A DNA stretch of 64,000 nucleotides from positions 90,653-154,652 of the IMG/VR virus record IMGVR_UViG_3300032232_001415; one strand, given 5' to 3'. Under the pieces are notes generated by a model. It was not told the origin of the DNA and did no database searches. It was given only the letters and a program-made list of their open reading frames with translations. Below are positions 55,552 through 64,000 of this stretch, piece after piece (positions within the stretch are counted from its first letter, which is position 1; each line of letters opens with the position of its first letter). Both the position numbers and the translations under genes were made by a program. This DNA comes from a virus. Taxonomy: Duplodnaviria; Caudoviricetes.

Positions 55552-56729
55552 GGAGCATCTCCTAATAGTAGGTTTGTTGTATCTCCACTTAATATCGTTA
55601 CATAATTAGTTGGCTTAAAAAGTGTTGCCATAGAATATTTTCCCACAAGATTAAAATGACTTGCCCTATTATATAGATTAACTCCTGTGCAAATAACTTG
55701 TCCTGATCCTAGTTGAACTATTAAACAATTAAAACCAACATTAATATTGCTATCTATTACTCCAACATTAATTACACTGTCACTTGTGAATAAAACAGTT
55801 TTACCATTATCTGACTGAACTATATTATAGCCGGTAGCAGATACTGTATTTGTTTGTGCTGAAAATCGACTTATCTTGCCATCTCCAAAATTTTGATCTC
55901 CAGTTAGACTATTTCCACCATTAGTTTTAGCATAGTCTCCGGAGTTATAAGAGACAATAGAGCCAAGACCTAAAAAATCTCTCTGATCTCCTATGGAATT
56001 TTTACTAACCAATAATCTTCCAGATGGAGAAATATATGATTTTCCAAATTTATTTGTTCCTGTGGCATAGATCATATCTCCAAAAGTAAAATTTAAAGAT
56101 GCTATACTAGATAGTGAATTGCTATATGATTGAATATCTTTTCCTGGAACTAATCCAGTAACACTTATAGTTAATCTATTAAATTGATCGTCTTCATATT
56201 GTATATTTATTCCTGAACCAGATTTTAATAATGCTTCAGTTTGATCTGTTCCTCCTATTCTATCATCTATAAATTCTGATAGCTGACTTATTTGAGAAGC
56301 GGTATGTCCATGAACTTCTGGAGCAAAATTTAGAGGTGGCGTTCCTATTGTTACTGTTTTAGAACCATTATTAGACCACACTATAGTTGATCCTGATCCT
56401 ACTATACTTAATGATGAAGAAATTCCACTTAATGATATATTATTTACTAGTAATTCATTTATTCCACTACCAGGTATACCTCTTTCTCCTTGCGTTCCTT
56501 GTAAACCTCTTTCTCCTTGTAAACCTATTTCTCCTTGATCTCCAGTATCTCCTTTAATTCCTTGAATTCCTGGTAAACCTCTATCTACAGCCACTAAATA
56601 TACCAAATGATTCAAGTTGTCTGTGATTCTTAAATTAGTTGTTATAACTCCGTACTCATCAGATTTATCCGTAGTCTGGTTAATAACTAAAACTCTTTCT
56701 GGAGCAGATTGTACTACAATATTGGCCAT
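55548..56729 (-). CDS. Collagen-like fibre protein
   Basis: About 12 Gly-X-Y triplets (GLPGIQGIKGDTGDQGEIG...), an HGH motif, and a C-terminal DNGK...GFNCLIVQLGSGQV fibre-tip-like domain. Confidence 0.8.
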   Translation of the reverse strand: MANIVVQSAPERVLVINQTTDKSDEYGVITTNLRITDNLNHLVYLVAVDRGLPGIQGIKGDTGDQGEIGLQGERGLQGTQGERGIPGSGINELLVNNISLSGISSSLSIVGSGSTIVWSNNGSKTVTIGTPPLNFAPEVHGHTASQISQLSEFIDDRIGGTDQTEALLKSGSGINIQYEDDQFNRLTISVTGLVPGKDIQSYSNSLSSIASLNFTFGDMIYATGTNKFGKSYISPSGRLLVSKNSIGDQRDFLGLGSIVSYNSGDYAKTNGGNSLTGDQNFGDGKISRFSAQTNTVSATGYNIVQSDNGKTVLFTSDSVINVGVIDSNINVGFNCLIVQLGSGQVICTGVNLYNRASHFNLVGKYSMATLFKPTNYVTILSGDTTNLLLGDAP

Positions 56730-56738
56730 AATCTATTC

Positions 56739-59700
56739 CTAAAGTTTATTTAAAGTTATTGAATCGCCACCAGACATGTCATACACTGTTAATACTGGTG
56801 AATGACCACCATTAAAAATTCCAGAATAAGAAGATGTTAAAGTAACTATTACTCCTGAGTCAGAAACCACATTTTCAGACTTATTGAATATGTGGACAAA
56901 TCCATCCAATTCAACTTCTAGTGGGTAAGAACTTCTGGGAATATTACCTCCGGTAACAGCAAAACTCATTGCCCAACCGGTTGCTCCTACTGCGACACTT
57001 CTTGGATTGCTTGATATAATTTTTGGTGGAATATTTATAGTTAAATTAAAATCTTTAGAATATATTTTTGCATCAACATTTCCATAATCATTATTTCTAT
57101 CTGGATTATTACTATTTTCACATGTTATAGTTTTGTAAATATATTGACCATATAAAGATAGTGGAATTCCAGTTATGGATGATATCCAGTGTCCTACTTT
57201 ATTAAAAGATACTCCGGTAGTTACAATTTCTGTATTTGTAATAATTTTCCTCATGTGGCAATAGCCACTGGAATCTGAAAGTAGATCTAGATACCAAGTA
57301 TTCTGAGCGTCCACAATTTGAGTTTTATCCTTAACTTTTGCATAAACACTATTACTATCCCCGGAAACTATAATAAGTCTATAGTCCTTAGTAATTTTAT
57401 TATCATCAAAATAAGACGAATCTGCTCTAAATAAATTATTTTGTGTAGATCTACTATTGTAGATATTTAATAAATCTATTTGAGTTCCAGAAACCGAAAT
57501 GGATGATAAAGAATCTTTTTTAACAAGTATTCTTAATTCAGAATTACTATTATTGTTTACTCCGGATATTAAGAAAGAATCTCTTATTTCTACTATTCCG
57601 GTTCTTAAATTATTTGAACTATCATTTTGAATAATTATATTATTAGAAGCATCTATTGAAGATAATAAAATTCCAGTTAGTGGAATATTGTCTATATATG
57701 GTAATGTTATCGATGGGTCATTCTTAAACGATAAGCTAATAGGATCTCCTGACTGGAAAGCAGCATCTGCTGGCAGATTAATGATTACATTTGAATCATT
57801 AGGAGATTGTACATATCCGGCATAATAAGTTTTACCAATATTTTTTTGTATTAAACCAGTAATATTGGGTGGATAATTAATGTATTCTTGATAAGGCGCT
57901 GTGTTGCTATATTCTTTAATATATCCTCCTACTATATTTAACGATTTATTTAGTACAGCACCACTATTAGTGATAATATCAAAATTATCAACAATAATAT
58001 GAGCAGGAAATGAATTGTATCCTATATTGGTATTACCTGTTGAATGCACCCAATAATAAACATTATGTAAATCTGGTATAGCTTGTTTATCATATGTAGG
58101 AAATGGTATACTAGAATAATAATTCATATATAAAGCCAAAACTGTAGATGAAGGAATAATATTAAGTCCAATATCTGAATTATTAATAAGAAATGACGTT
58201 TGTGAGGTGCTATTTTTTGGAGTTGTATATGAAGATATTGGTAAATTAGTAATAGCATCTTTAATAGTGTAATAAAAAGATTTATTTCTTTGGTTATCCT
58301 GTATAGCCCTATCATTAGAAGTTTCGCCATATGCTAATCTGGAAACAACAGAAAAACTTGAATTAGGATAAGAATAATTTTCGGCTCCAGGAGGATCGTC
58401 AGCTAAATCTAGAGTTGGTGTTGGTATAACTATGCCGCTAACTCTTAAGAATCCAGTTTCGTAACAAGTATTACTAAATTTAATAATATATGGTTCTGAT
58501 CTTTGTCCTGGTATTAATGACATTGTTATAGCATCATTCAAATCAAAATTACCTGAATATATCCTTGAACTTGTTGATTGATCCACTTTTATTCTCGAAG
58601 TAAAGGATGGTTTCATTTTTCCTAAAAAGCCATACTTATCTTGTTGATAAACATAAGATCCTCCACCAAGCAATCCCGTAGTTGTTAATAAAGAAGGTGA
58701 TATGACTTGAAAACCGTCACTTGAACCATTCTTATAGTCTATATCATCAATCTGTTTATTTTTAATAAGATTATTGTATATTTTTAATATTTTTACCCAT
58801 CCTGTAGTATTTTGTGAATAACTACCATTTGCGGTTATTCTTAATATGTCTGTTGGGCTGCCATTATCTGTTAATCTTATTGCTGTGTTTATTCCATTTT
58901 GAGCACTAAGTGTGTTATCGAATTCAAGATATATATCTTCTGAGCTGGTTATAATTTTATTTTCTGGCAATAAACTTGATTTTGTTCCATATCCACTAAA
59001 AGAAATATCATTTCCTCCAGTCTCTACTCTATAAATTCCAGTAGAATAAAAACAATTAGAATGAGGAAGTATACTCAAACACATCATCGATTGTGGTGAT
59101 ATTGATGGTCTTAAGATATCTTGTGAATTATCTCCACTTTGACCAATAATCTTGGAGCCTAAGGAACCAATTGCTCCATTATCAGATATTAATCTTGGAC
59201 TATAGCTATATCCACTATTAGCAAAATATATTGTCATATCTGTTGCTGATGTTTGCATAGCTCTAGAACCATCCGTGAAAGTTATCGTTTTTACACCAGA
59301 ATTACCCCTAGCGTCAACAACAGCTATCTTTAATTCATTAGGATAATTACTACCATTTGCAAATTCTGTAGGATATCCAGTTATTCTGAAATAACTAGGG
59401 TTAGTATTACTATATGGTAATGAATAATTTATTCTACCAGCATTTAATGGATTAAATTCAGGTACGAAAGCGGTTTCATGAATTAATTTCAATCCTTGTG
59501 GTAATGATCCCCAAATAATTAATCCAGAAAATCCAGTAGGACTAGGACACTTATCTCTATTAACGGTTTTATAGTACCATCTATCAGATGAATATGTTTG
59601 ACATTGTGGATAAAGTGTTGTTTCCGAATCTCCTGACCAAACTGGATTTGGAAACGCTTGATCTTTTTTGTACTTGATCATACTATATTTAATATCATAG

Positions 59701-62700
59701 TGACCATATCCAGTAATTATTTGATTATCTTTTTTATCTCTTGCAATTATAGTGATAGGGAACTCTGTATCTGCTATACATGATTGGATACCACTAAATT
59801 TGAATTCCCATGTTTTGCTTGATGCGTCCCATTTTTTCTCTCCAAAACATTGATTATTAGTATTTATATTGCCATTATCAAGAGAAGGGTCGTATCCTGT
59901 GCAGGGGGTTGGAAAACCCTGGAAAAATATTTGAGGAGGATAATTAAAGTCTTCCAATCCACCGGCCGTATTAAACGTTATTGCCCATGGATCACCTCCA
60001 GGTTCTGCTTCATAAGGATTGCTGATGGCTCGAACGTTATTAATTACTAATGGAGAAAAAACAGCATACGCACCCTCTGTTTCTACCATATTTAATTTAC
60101 CAGCAACAATAATTTTTTCATCAAGAATACCTTTACATGATATTTCAAAATCATTATTATTATTATTAATTCTTGTTCTAGCATCCCATTTATTCGTAAT
60201 TGGTTGACCGCTAAAATATGTTTCCCATACATTAGTATGTTTATCATATTTTTTGTGTATTACAACCGAATTAGCTATCGGATCTCCTTGCGTACCTCCA
60301 TCTTCTATCGAAATAGATGGACTTTCTGATGATGAATAAGGAGTATCTTTAATATCAACATTAAATTCTAAAGAATTATTAGGAGTAAGATATTTATCTA
60401 ATCTGATATTAGCCATATATGGTTTTTTACTAGTAATATAGTTTATATATCCGGAATACGATGAAGCATCATCCTCAATATAAATATACAAAGGATAAGA
60501 TCCTGTCACAGCAGCATAATTTCCGTAAAGATCTTGTGTTCCTGTTACTTTTATTTTCCACCAATTATTTGTAAAATCATATTCATAACCAGTATTATAC
60601 TCTATTAATTTTGTTTGTCCATCCATCAAATAATTACCGTTGTTTGGAATGTTGCCCAAATATACTTTGGGTGGATAATCATATCTTTTTGCAGATCCTC
60701 CGCCCTTGACATAAAAATCAACAGCCCATGGTTTAGTATCTATAAAATCAAGAGGCTGAACTAGTTCTGATGAATCAACATATATCGGATCGTAAATAGT
60801 TATATTTAATCCTGTTTCTTTAGTTGTTGTAATAAGTTGATCGCCAGACGGTTGTTGAATTGAACCAGATATGATCGGCTGATAAAATCCTATATTTCCA
60901 TTAATATTAGCCCTATATAATAGAGCTGGAAAATCTTGTTCTGGATAAGATATGGTAACGTTATTTATAGATAGATTACTCGAAACATTTTTAAAACTTA
61001 AATTAAACCAATTATCACTATCTATAAATTCATTGAATGGCACAATAAAAAATAGATCTGTGCTACTGTCTGAGCTATAGTTTATATTATAATTGCTTTT
61101 AAGAGCCCTAAATGAAATATCATATGGCTTTTGTTTTGAACTATCATCAAATATTTTGAGCACCCCTGTGATGGTAGCCGTTTGGTCTCCTTTGGTAGCA
61201 GTTATAACTGGGGCAAAAATTCCAGTTTGGCTAGATTGTCCATTGACACAATAAAGTTTCCAGTCTCCATTAATACCATTATCATTTATACCAGCTGATA
61301 GTGGCTCATAATATGAGTTACTTCCTATATTATCTATAGAAATACCTATTCCTTCTAGAGGATTTTGTCCATTATCATAGACTTCAAAGTATAATCTCCA
61401 ATTAGTACTAGAACTTGTTATGCCGTATATAGTATTCTCAATGTTTGTGATGGTTAATGGAGCTATAACTTCCAGATAATAATTCTTATTTTTACGATCA
61501 CTTTGATCAGCAACTCTGATAATTATTTGTTTTTGAGCATATTCTTTTGGTATTGCTTCACAATCAACTATTATTTCCCATTGTTTATTTATATCATCAT
61601 ATATTATATCATCAGTTCTTATAGAATAATTTTTAAGTCCCAATATATTTATATATGGAATATCTTTTCTTGGATTTTGACTCGGATCTGCCCAATTACC
61701 GGCGCCTCCGGTAGTAATGATTTTAAGTTGGTATGATTGATTAATATTGATTTCTATTTTATTATCAATAGTAGCAGTAAAGATATCATTAATACCATAC
61801 TCCACTTCAAAATCCAGCTCAATAGGTGTCAAAATTATAATATCTATAGACTCCTGAGAAGTATCTCCATTATATCCTATAGAAATTGATTCATTTTCTA
61901 ATACTTGCGGTTCTGTTTGGTTATCTATTTCAATCAAATGTTTCCATCTATTATTAAAACTATTAAATTGTGAAAATTTATTAGAGTAAATATTTGAAGA
62001 AGCTGTTGTTATCGATGGAAGTGTAAAAATATTATTATAATTAGGATTTTTATTGGTTTTTATATTATCAGTAGAGCTATCTATTAAATAAACTAATCCA
62101 TAACTATTGATATAGTCTGAATTATATGGCATATTAAAACTAATAAAATTATTTAATAGTTTATCATTAACTGTATACAATCCATTTAAGGCTGATCCAC
62201 CATCTATAAAATCTAGATAAACAGAATCCACAGGATCAAATCTATTTATATTCGATATGCCAGTGATATGCACACACATAGTTCCGCTTCTACATAATGA
62301 TGGTGCGTTATGTACGAAATATGTTCCAGTTAAAGGGTGGTCTATAAGTTTGCCGGTAGAGTCTCTTTTCCAGTATTCATCTTTTGTTCCATGAGAATGA
62401 AAGTATATATTATTTAATGGACTATAAACTGATCCGTCTTGATATCCAATATATTTAATATCATATCCAACGAGATTTTTTTGTAATGCTTTTATAGTCT
62501 TTAGTCTCAATGCAGGATCATCTTCTATTAGTTCTAGAGTATAAAATAGTCTTGGAACAGGAATTCTGGATCTATATGTCAAAGATCCCTGACCATATAA
62601 ATCTACTCCAGCATCATCATTTTCAAAATATGTTTGAACTCTTAATGATGGTCCAGATAGATTAAAATTAAATAATTGATCATCATTAAAAGTATACGGT

Positions 62701-63983
62701 ATATTCCAATTATTATCTGAGTAACCAAAAATTTCGTAAGAATAATCACTAAGATAAAACAATGTTGCCTCTACAACAGTATCTGCTGGGCCGACAAATG
62801 GTTCTCTCAGAGTTAACGAATCAGGATTTAATGTCTTATTTTCTATGAGTCCAGTAAAAAATATAAAATTATTTGTATCATTATTTTTATATAATCCGCT
62901 TATTGGCATATTTAAAAATGTTTTATGGTTACTTAATGATAAATTACTTATGGTATTTGAACCACTAGTCATAGTACCATAAAAATAATTATGAGGAAGA
63001 GTAGTATAATAGTTTGGACCGTAATCTTCGGTATAGAAATTTCCAATATTAGTACCTTGATTCAAAGATATTTCCTCAAGATCATTCGGATTAATACCTG
63101 TGGGTAAAGGTCTAAAAAATTTCCCTTCAAATCTAACGGCAGTGTCAACTCCAGTAGCTGCTAGTTTTCTATAAGCAAAATGAGCATCAATATAATCATA
63201 TTCTTCTCTATCTATATCATTTATTTTAAATTTCAATGGTTTATTATTAAGATTATTAGATAAATCGCTAAAATAAACTAATAGCTTATCATTAATGTTA
63301 AAATAGTCATGTAGTCCACTCATCCTGATTTTATAAATTCCGAAAGTATCTGTTGGAACCGTTGTCCAAGAATCTGCTGGTAACTCTCCATTCCAAAGTT
63401 TATCTTTATTTATTTCTTCTAATAGTTGATTTTTATCGTCATTTATTACTATTTTATGTCCAGTAACAGCTACTATATTGAATAATCCAGACTTTGGTGT
63501 TCTAGATAAATTATTTACTGAATATTGTTTTTCAATATATGTATAGTAACATATATCTCCAGTAATAACTGGAATATGAGGCTCATAATCATTATATGTA
63601 TCATTTTCTAAAACTATGATATTAGAATCATCAAACATAAATGAAGTATTTAAAGATATTATACCAGTAGTACTAATGCCGTCTGTTTCGTCTTTAATAT
63701 GAAGACCGGTAATTCTAGAGTATGGTATATTTAGCGTATCAGGAATACTTGATAATGTATATAATAATCTCCCTGATGGCTTCGTTTCTGCATCTTGTCT
63801 AAATTCTACAGAGAAATTGCCTGTTGTAAAATATCCATCAAAACTAGAATATTCACTTGGTAATAAAAATTTAAGTGGGATTTGTTTTAGAGAATTAGTT
63901 TCATAATTTATTGGTAAATATCCATGATCTTTATCTAGTGTGAATAATGCGTCTCCTCCTGTGGAAACTCCAGAGTCAGGCAT
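56739..63983 (-). CDS. Very large beta-rich virion protein with Ig-like repeats (at least 2414 aa; true start probably beyond the window)
   Basis: Putative Ig-like units (WGSLPQGLKL...ITGYPT...IAVVDARG; repeated W.I.F...GG). The frame stays open from 63983 to the window end and the listed ATG has no RBS. Confidence 0.7.
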   Translation of the reverse strand: MPDSGVSTGGDALFTLDKDHGYLPINYETNSLKQIPLKFLLPSEYSSFDGYFTTGNFSVEFRQDAETKPSGRLLYTLSSIPDTLNIPYSRITGLHIKDETDGISTTGIISLNTSFMFDDSNIIVLENDTYNDYEPHIPVITGDICYYTYIEKQYSVNNLSRTPKSGLFNIVAVTGHKIVINDDKNQLLEEINKDKLWNGELPADSWTTVPTDTFGIYKIRMSGLHDYFNINDKLLVYFSDLSNNLNNKPLKFKINDIDREEYDYIDAHFAYRKLAATGVDTAVRFEGKFFRPLPTGINPNDLEEISLNQGTNIGNFYTEDYGPNYYTTLPHNYFYGTMTSGSNTISNLSLSNHKTFLNMPISGLYKNNDTNNFIFFTGLIENKTLNPDSLTLREPFVGPADTVVEATLFYLSDYSYEIFGYSDNNWNIPYTFNDDQLFNFNLSGPSLRVQTYFENDDAGVDLYGQGSLTYRSRIPVPRLFYTLELIEDDPALRLKTIKALQKNLVGYDIKYIGYQDGSVYSPLNNIYFHSHGTKDEYWKRDSTGKLIDHPLTGTYFVHNAPSLCRSGTMCVHITGISNINRFDPVDSVYLDFIDGGSALNGLYTVNDKLLNNFISFNMPYNSDYINSYGLVYLIDSSTDNIKTNKNPNYNNIFTLPSITTASSNIYSNKFSQFNSFNNRWKHLIEIDNQTEPQVLENESISIGYNGDTSQESIDIIILTPIELDFEVEYGINDIFTATIDNKIEININQSYQLKIITTGGAGNWADPSQNPRKDIPYINILGLKNYSIRTDDIIYDDINKQWEIIVDCEAIPKEYAQKQIIIRVADQSDRKNKNYYLEVIAPLTITNIENTIYGITSSSTNWRLYFEVYDNGQNPLEGIGISIDNIGSNSYYEPLSAGINDNGINGDWKLYCVNGQSSQTGIFAPVITATKGDQTATITGVLKIFDDSSKQKPYDISFRALKSNYNINYSSDSSTDLFFIVPFNEFIDSDNWFNLSFKNVSSNLSINNVTISYPEQDFPALLYRANINGNIGFYQPIISGSIQQPSGDQLITTTKETGLNITIYDPIYVDSSELVQPLDFIDTKPWAVDFYVKGGGSAKRYDYPPKVYLGNIPNNGNYLMDGQTKLIEYNTGYEYDFTNNWWKIKVTGTQDLYGNYAAVTGSYPLYIYIEDDASSYSGYINYITSKKPYMANIRLDKYLTPNNSLEFNVDIKDTPYSSSESPSISIEDGGTQGDPIANSVVIHKKYDKHTNVWETYFSGQPITNKWDARTRINNNNNDFEISCKGILDEKIIVAGKLNMVETEGAYAVFSPLVINNVRAISNPYEAEPGGDPWAITFNTAGGLEDFNYPPQIFFQGFPTPCTGYDPSLDNGNINTNNQCFGEKKWDASSKTWEFKFSGIQSCIADTEFPITIIARDKKDNQIITGYGHYDIKYSMIKYKKDQAFPNPVWSGDSETTLYPQCQTYSSDRWYYKTVNRDKCPSPTGFSGLIIWGSLPQGLKLIHETAFVPEFNPLNAGRINYSLPYSNTNPSYFRITGYPTEFANGSNYPNELKIAVVDARGNSGVKTITFTDGSRAMQTSATDMTIYFANSGYSYSPRLISDNGAIGSLGSKIIGQSGDNSQDILRPSISPQSMMCLSILPHSNCFYSTGIYRVETGGNDISFSGYGTKSSLLPENKIITSSEDIYLEFDNTLSAQNGINTAIRLTDNGSPTDILRITANGSYSQNTTGWVKILKIYNNLIKNKQIDDIDYKNGSSDGFQVISPSLLTTTGLLGGGSYVYQQDKYGFLGKMKPSFTSRIKVDQSTSSRIYSGNFDLNDAITMSLIPGQRSEPYIIKFSNTCYETGFLRVSGIVIPTPTLDLADDPPGAENYSYPNSSFSVVSRLAYGETSNDRAIQDNQRNKSFYYTIKDAITNLPISSYTTPKNSTSQTSFLINNSDIGLNIIPSSTVLALYMNYYSSIPFPTYDKQAIPDLHNVYYWVHSTGNTNIGYNSFPAHIIVDNFDIITNSGAVLNKSLNIVGGYIKEYSNTAPYQEYINYPPNITGLIQKNIGKTYYAGYVQSPNDSNVIINLPADAAFQSGDPISLSFKNDPSITLPYIDNIPLTGILLSSIDASNNIIIQNDSSNNLRTGIVEIRDSFLISGVNNNSNSELRILVKKDSLSSISVSGTQIDLLNIYNSRSTQNNLFRADSSYFDDNKITKDYRLIIVSGDSNSVYAKVKDKTQIVDAQNTWYLDLLSDSSGYCHMRKIITNTEIVTTGVSFNKVGHWISSITGIPLSLYGQYIYKTITCENSNNPDRNNDYGNVDAKIYSKDFNLTINIPPKIISSNPRSVAVGATGWAMSFAVTGGNIPRSSYPLEVELDGFVHIFNKSENVVSDSGVIVTLTSSYSGIFNGGHSPVLTVYDMSGGDSITLNKL

Positions 63984-64000
63984 GAGATGGTAGGAGGTAA

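Noticed and set aside
281-61736. Numerous plus-strand ORFs of 60-170 aa in the ORF track
   Set aside because: They lie antisense to long minus-strand genes and mirror their codon pattern and repeats; most likely shadow ORFs.
1-64000. Stop-codon reassignment as seen in some large phages
   Set aside because: Genes are long and tightly packed under the standard code, and TAA, TAG and TGA all end genes at coupled junctions.

Overview
AT-rich window from a large tailed bacteriophage, standard genetic code, with all credible genes on the minus strand. In transcription order (right to left) it holds: a ~36 kb block of fibre, adhesin, LamG-lectin and Ig-like virion proteins that also contains a trypsin-like protease and a sulfotransferase-like gene; a siphovirus-type neck, tail-completion, terminator, tail-tube and chaperone series; a giant 6340-aa tape measure protein (TMP); and another fibre gene running off the left edge. 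The main observation is the TMP. Its helical ruler segments are interrupted by about ten cargo cassettes, each bounded by a recurring double-glycine linker, and six linkers carry the extended motif DTVPAMLxPGEFV. Cargo recognised from motifs: a staphylococcal-nuclease-like domain, three HEXXH zincin metallopeptidases, a P-loop kinase fused to a HIGH-family nucleotidyltransferase, a PD-(D/E)xK-like nuclease, an ADP-ribosyltransferase-like domain, an SHD1-like domain and an EF-hand. This suggests a modular, possibly self-processing effector polyprotein ejected with the genome. Secondary signals are a strong [ST]-G bias in surface proteins next to the sulfotransferase, an internally duplicated tail tube protein, a GTGTAY candidate promoter motif and DGG-tail/Mtd_N-head chaining of fibre genes. 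All domain calls were made by eye and need HMM or structure confirmation.
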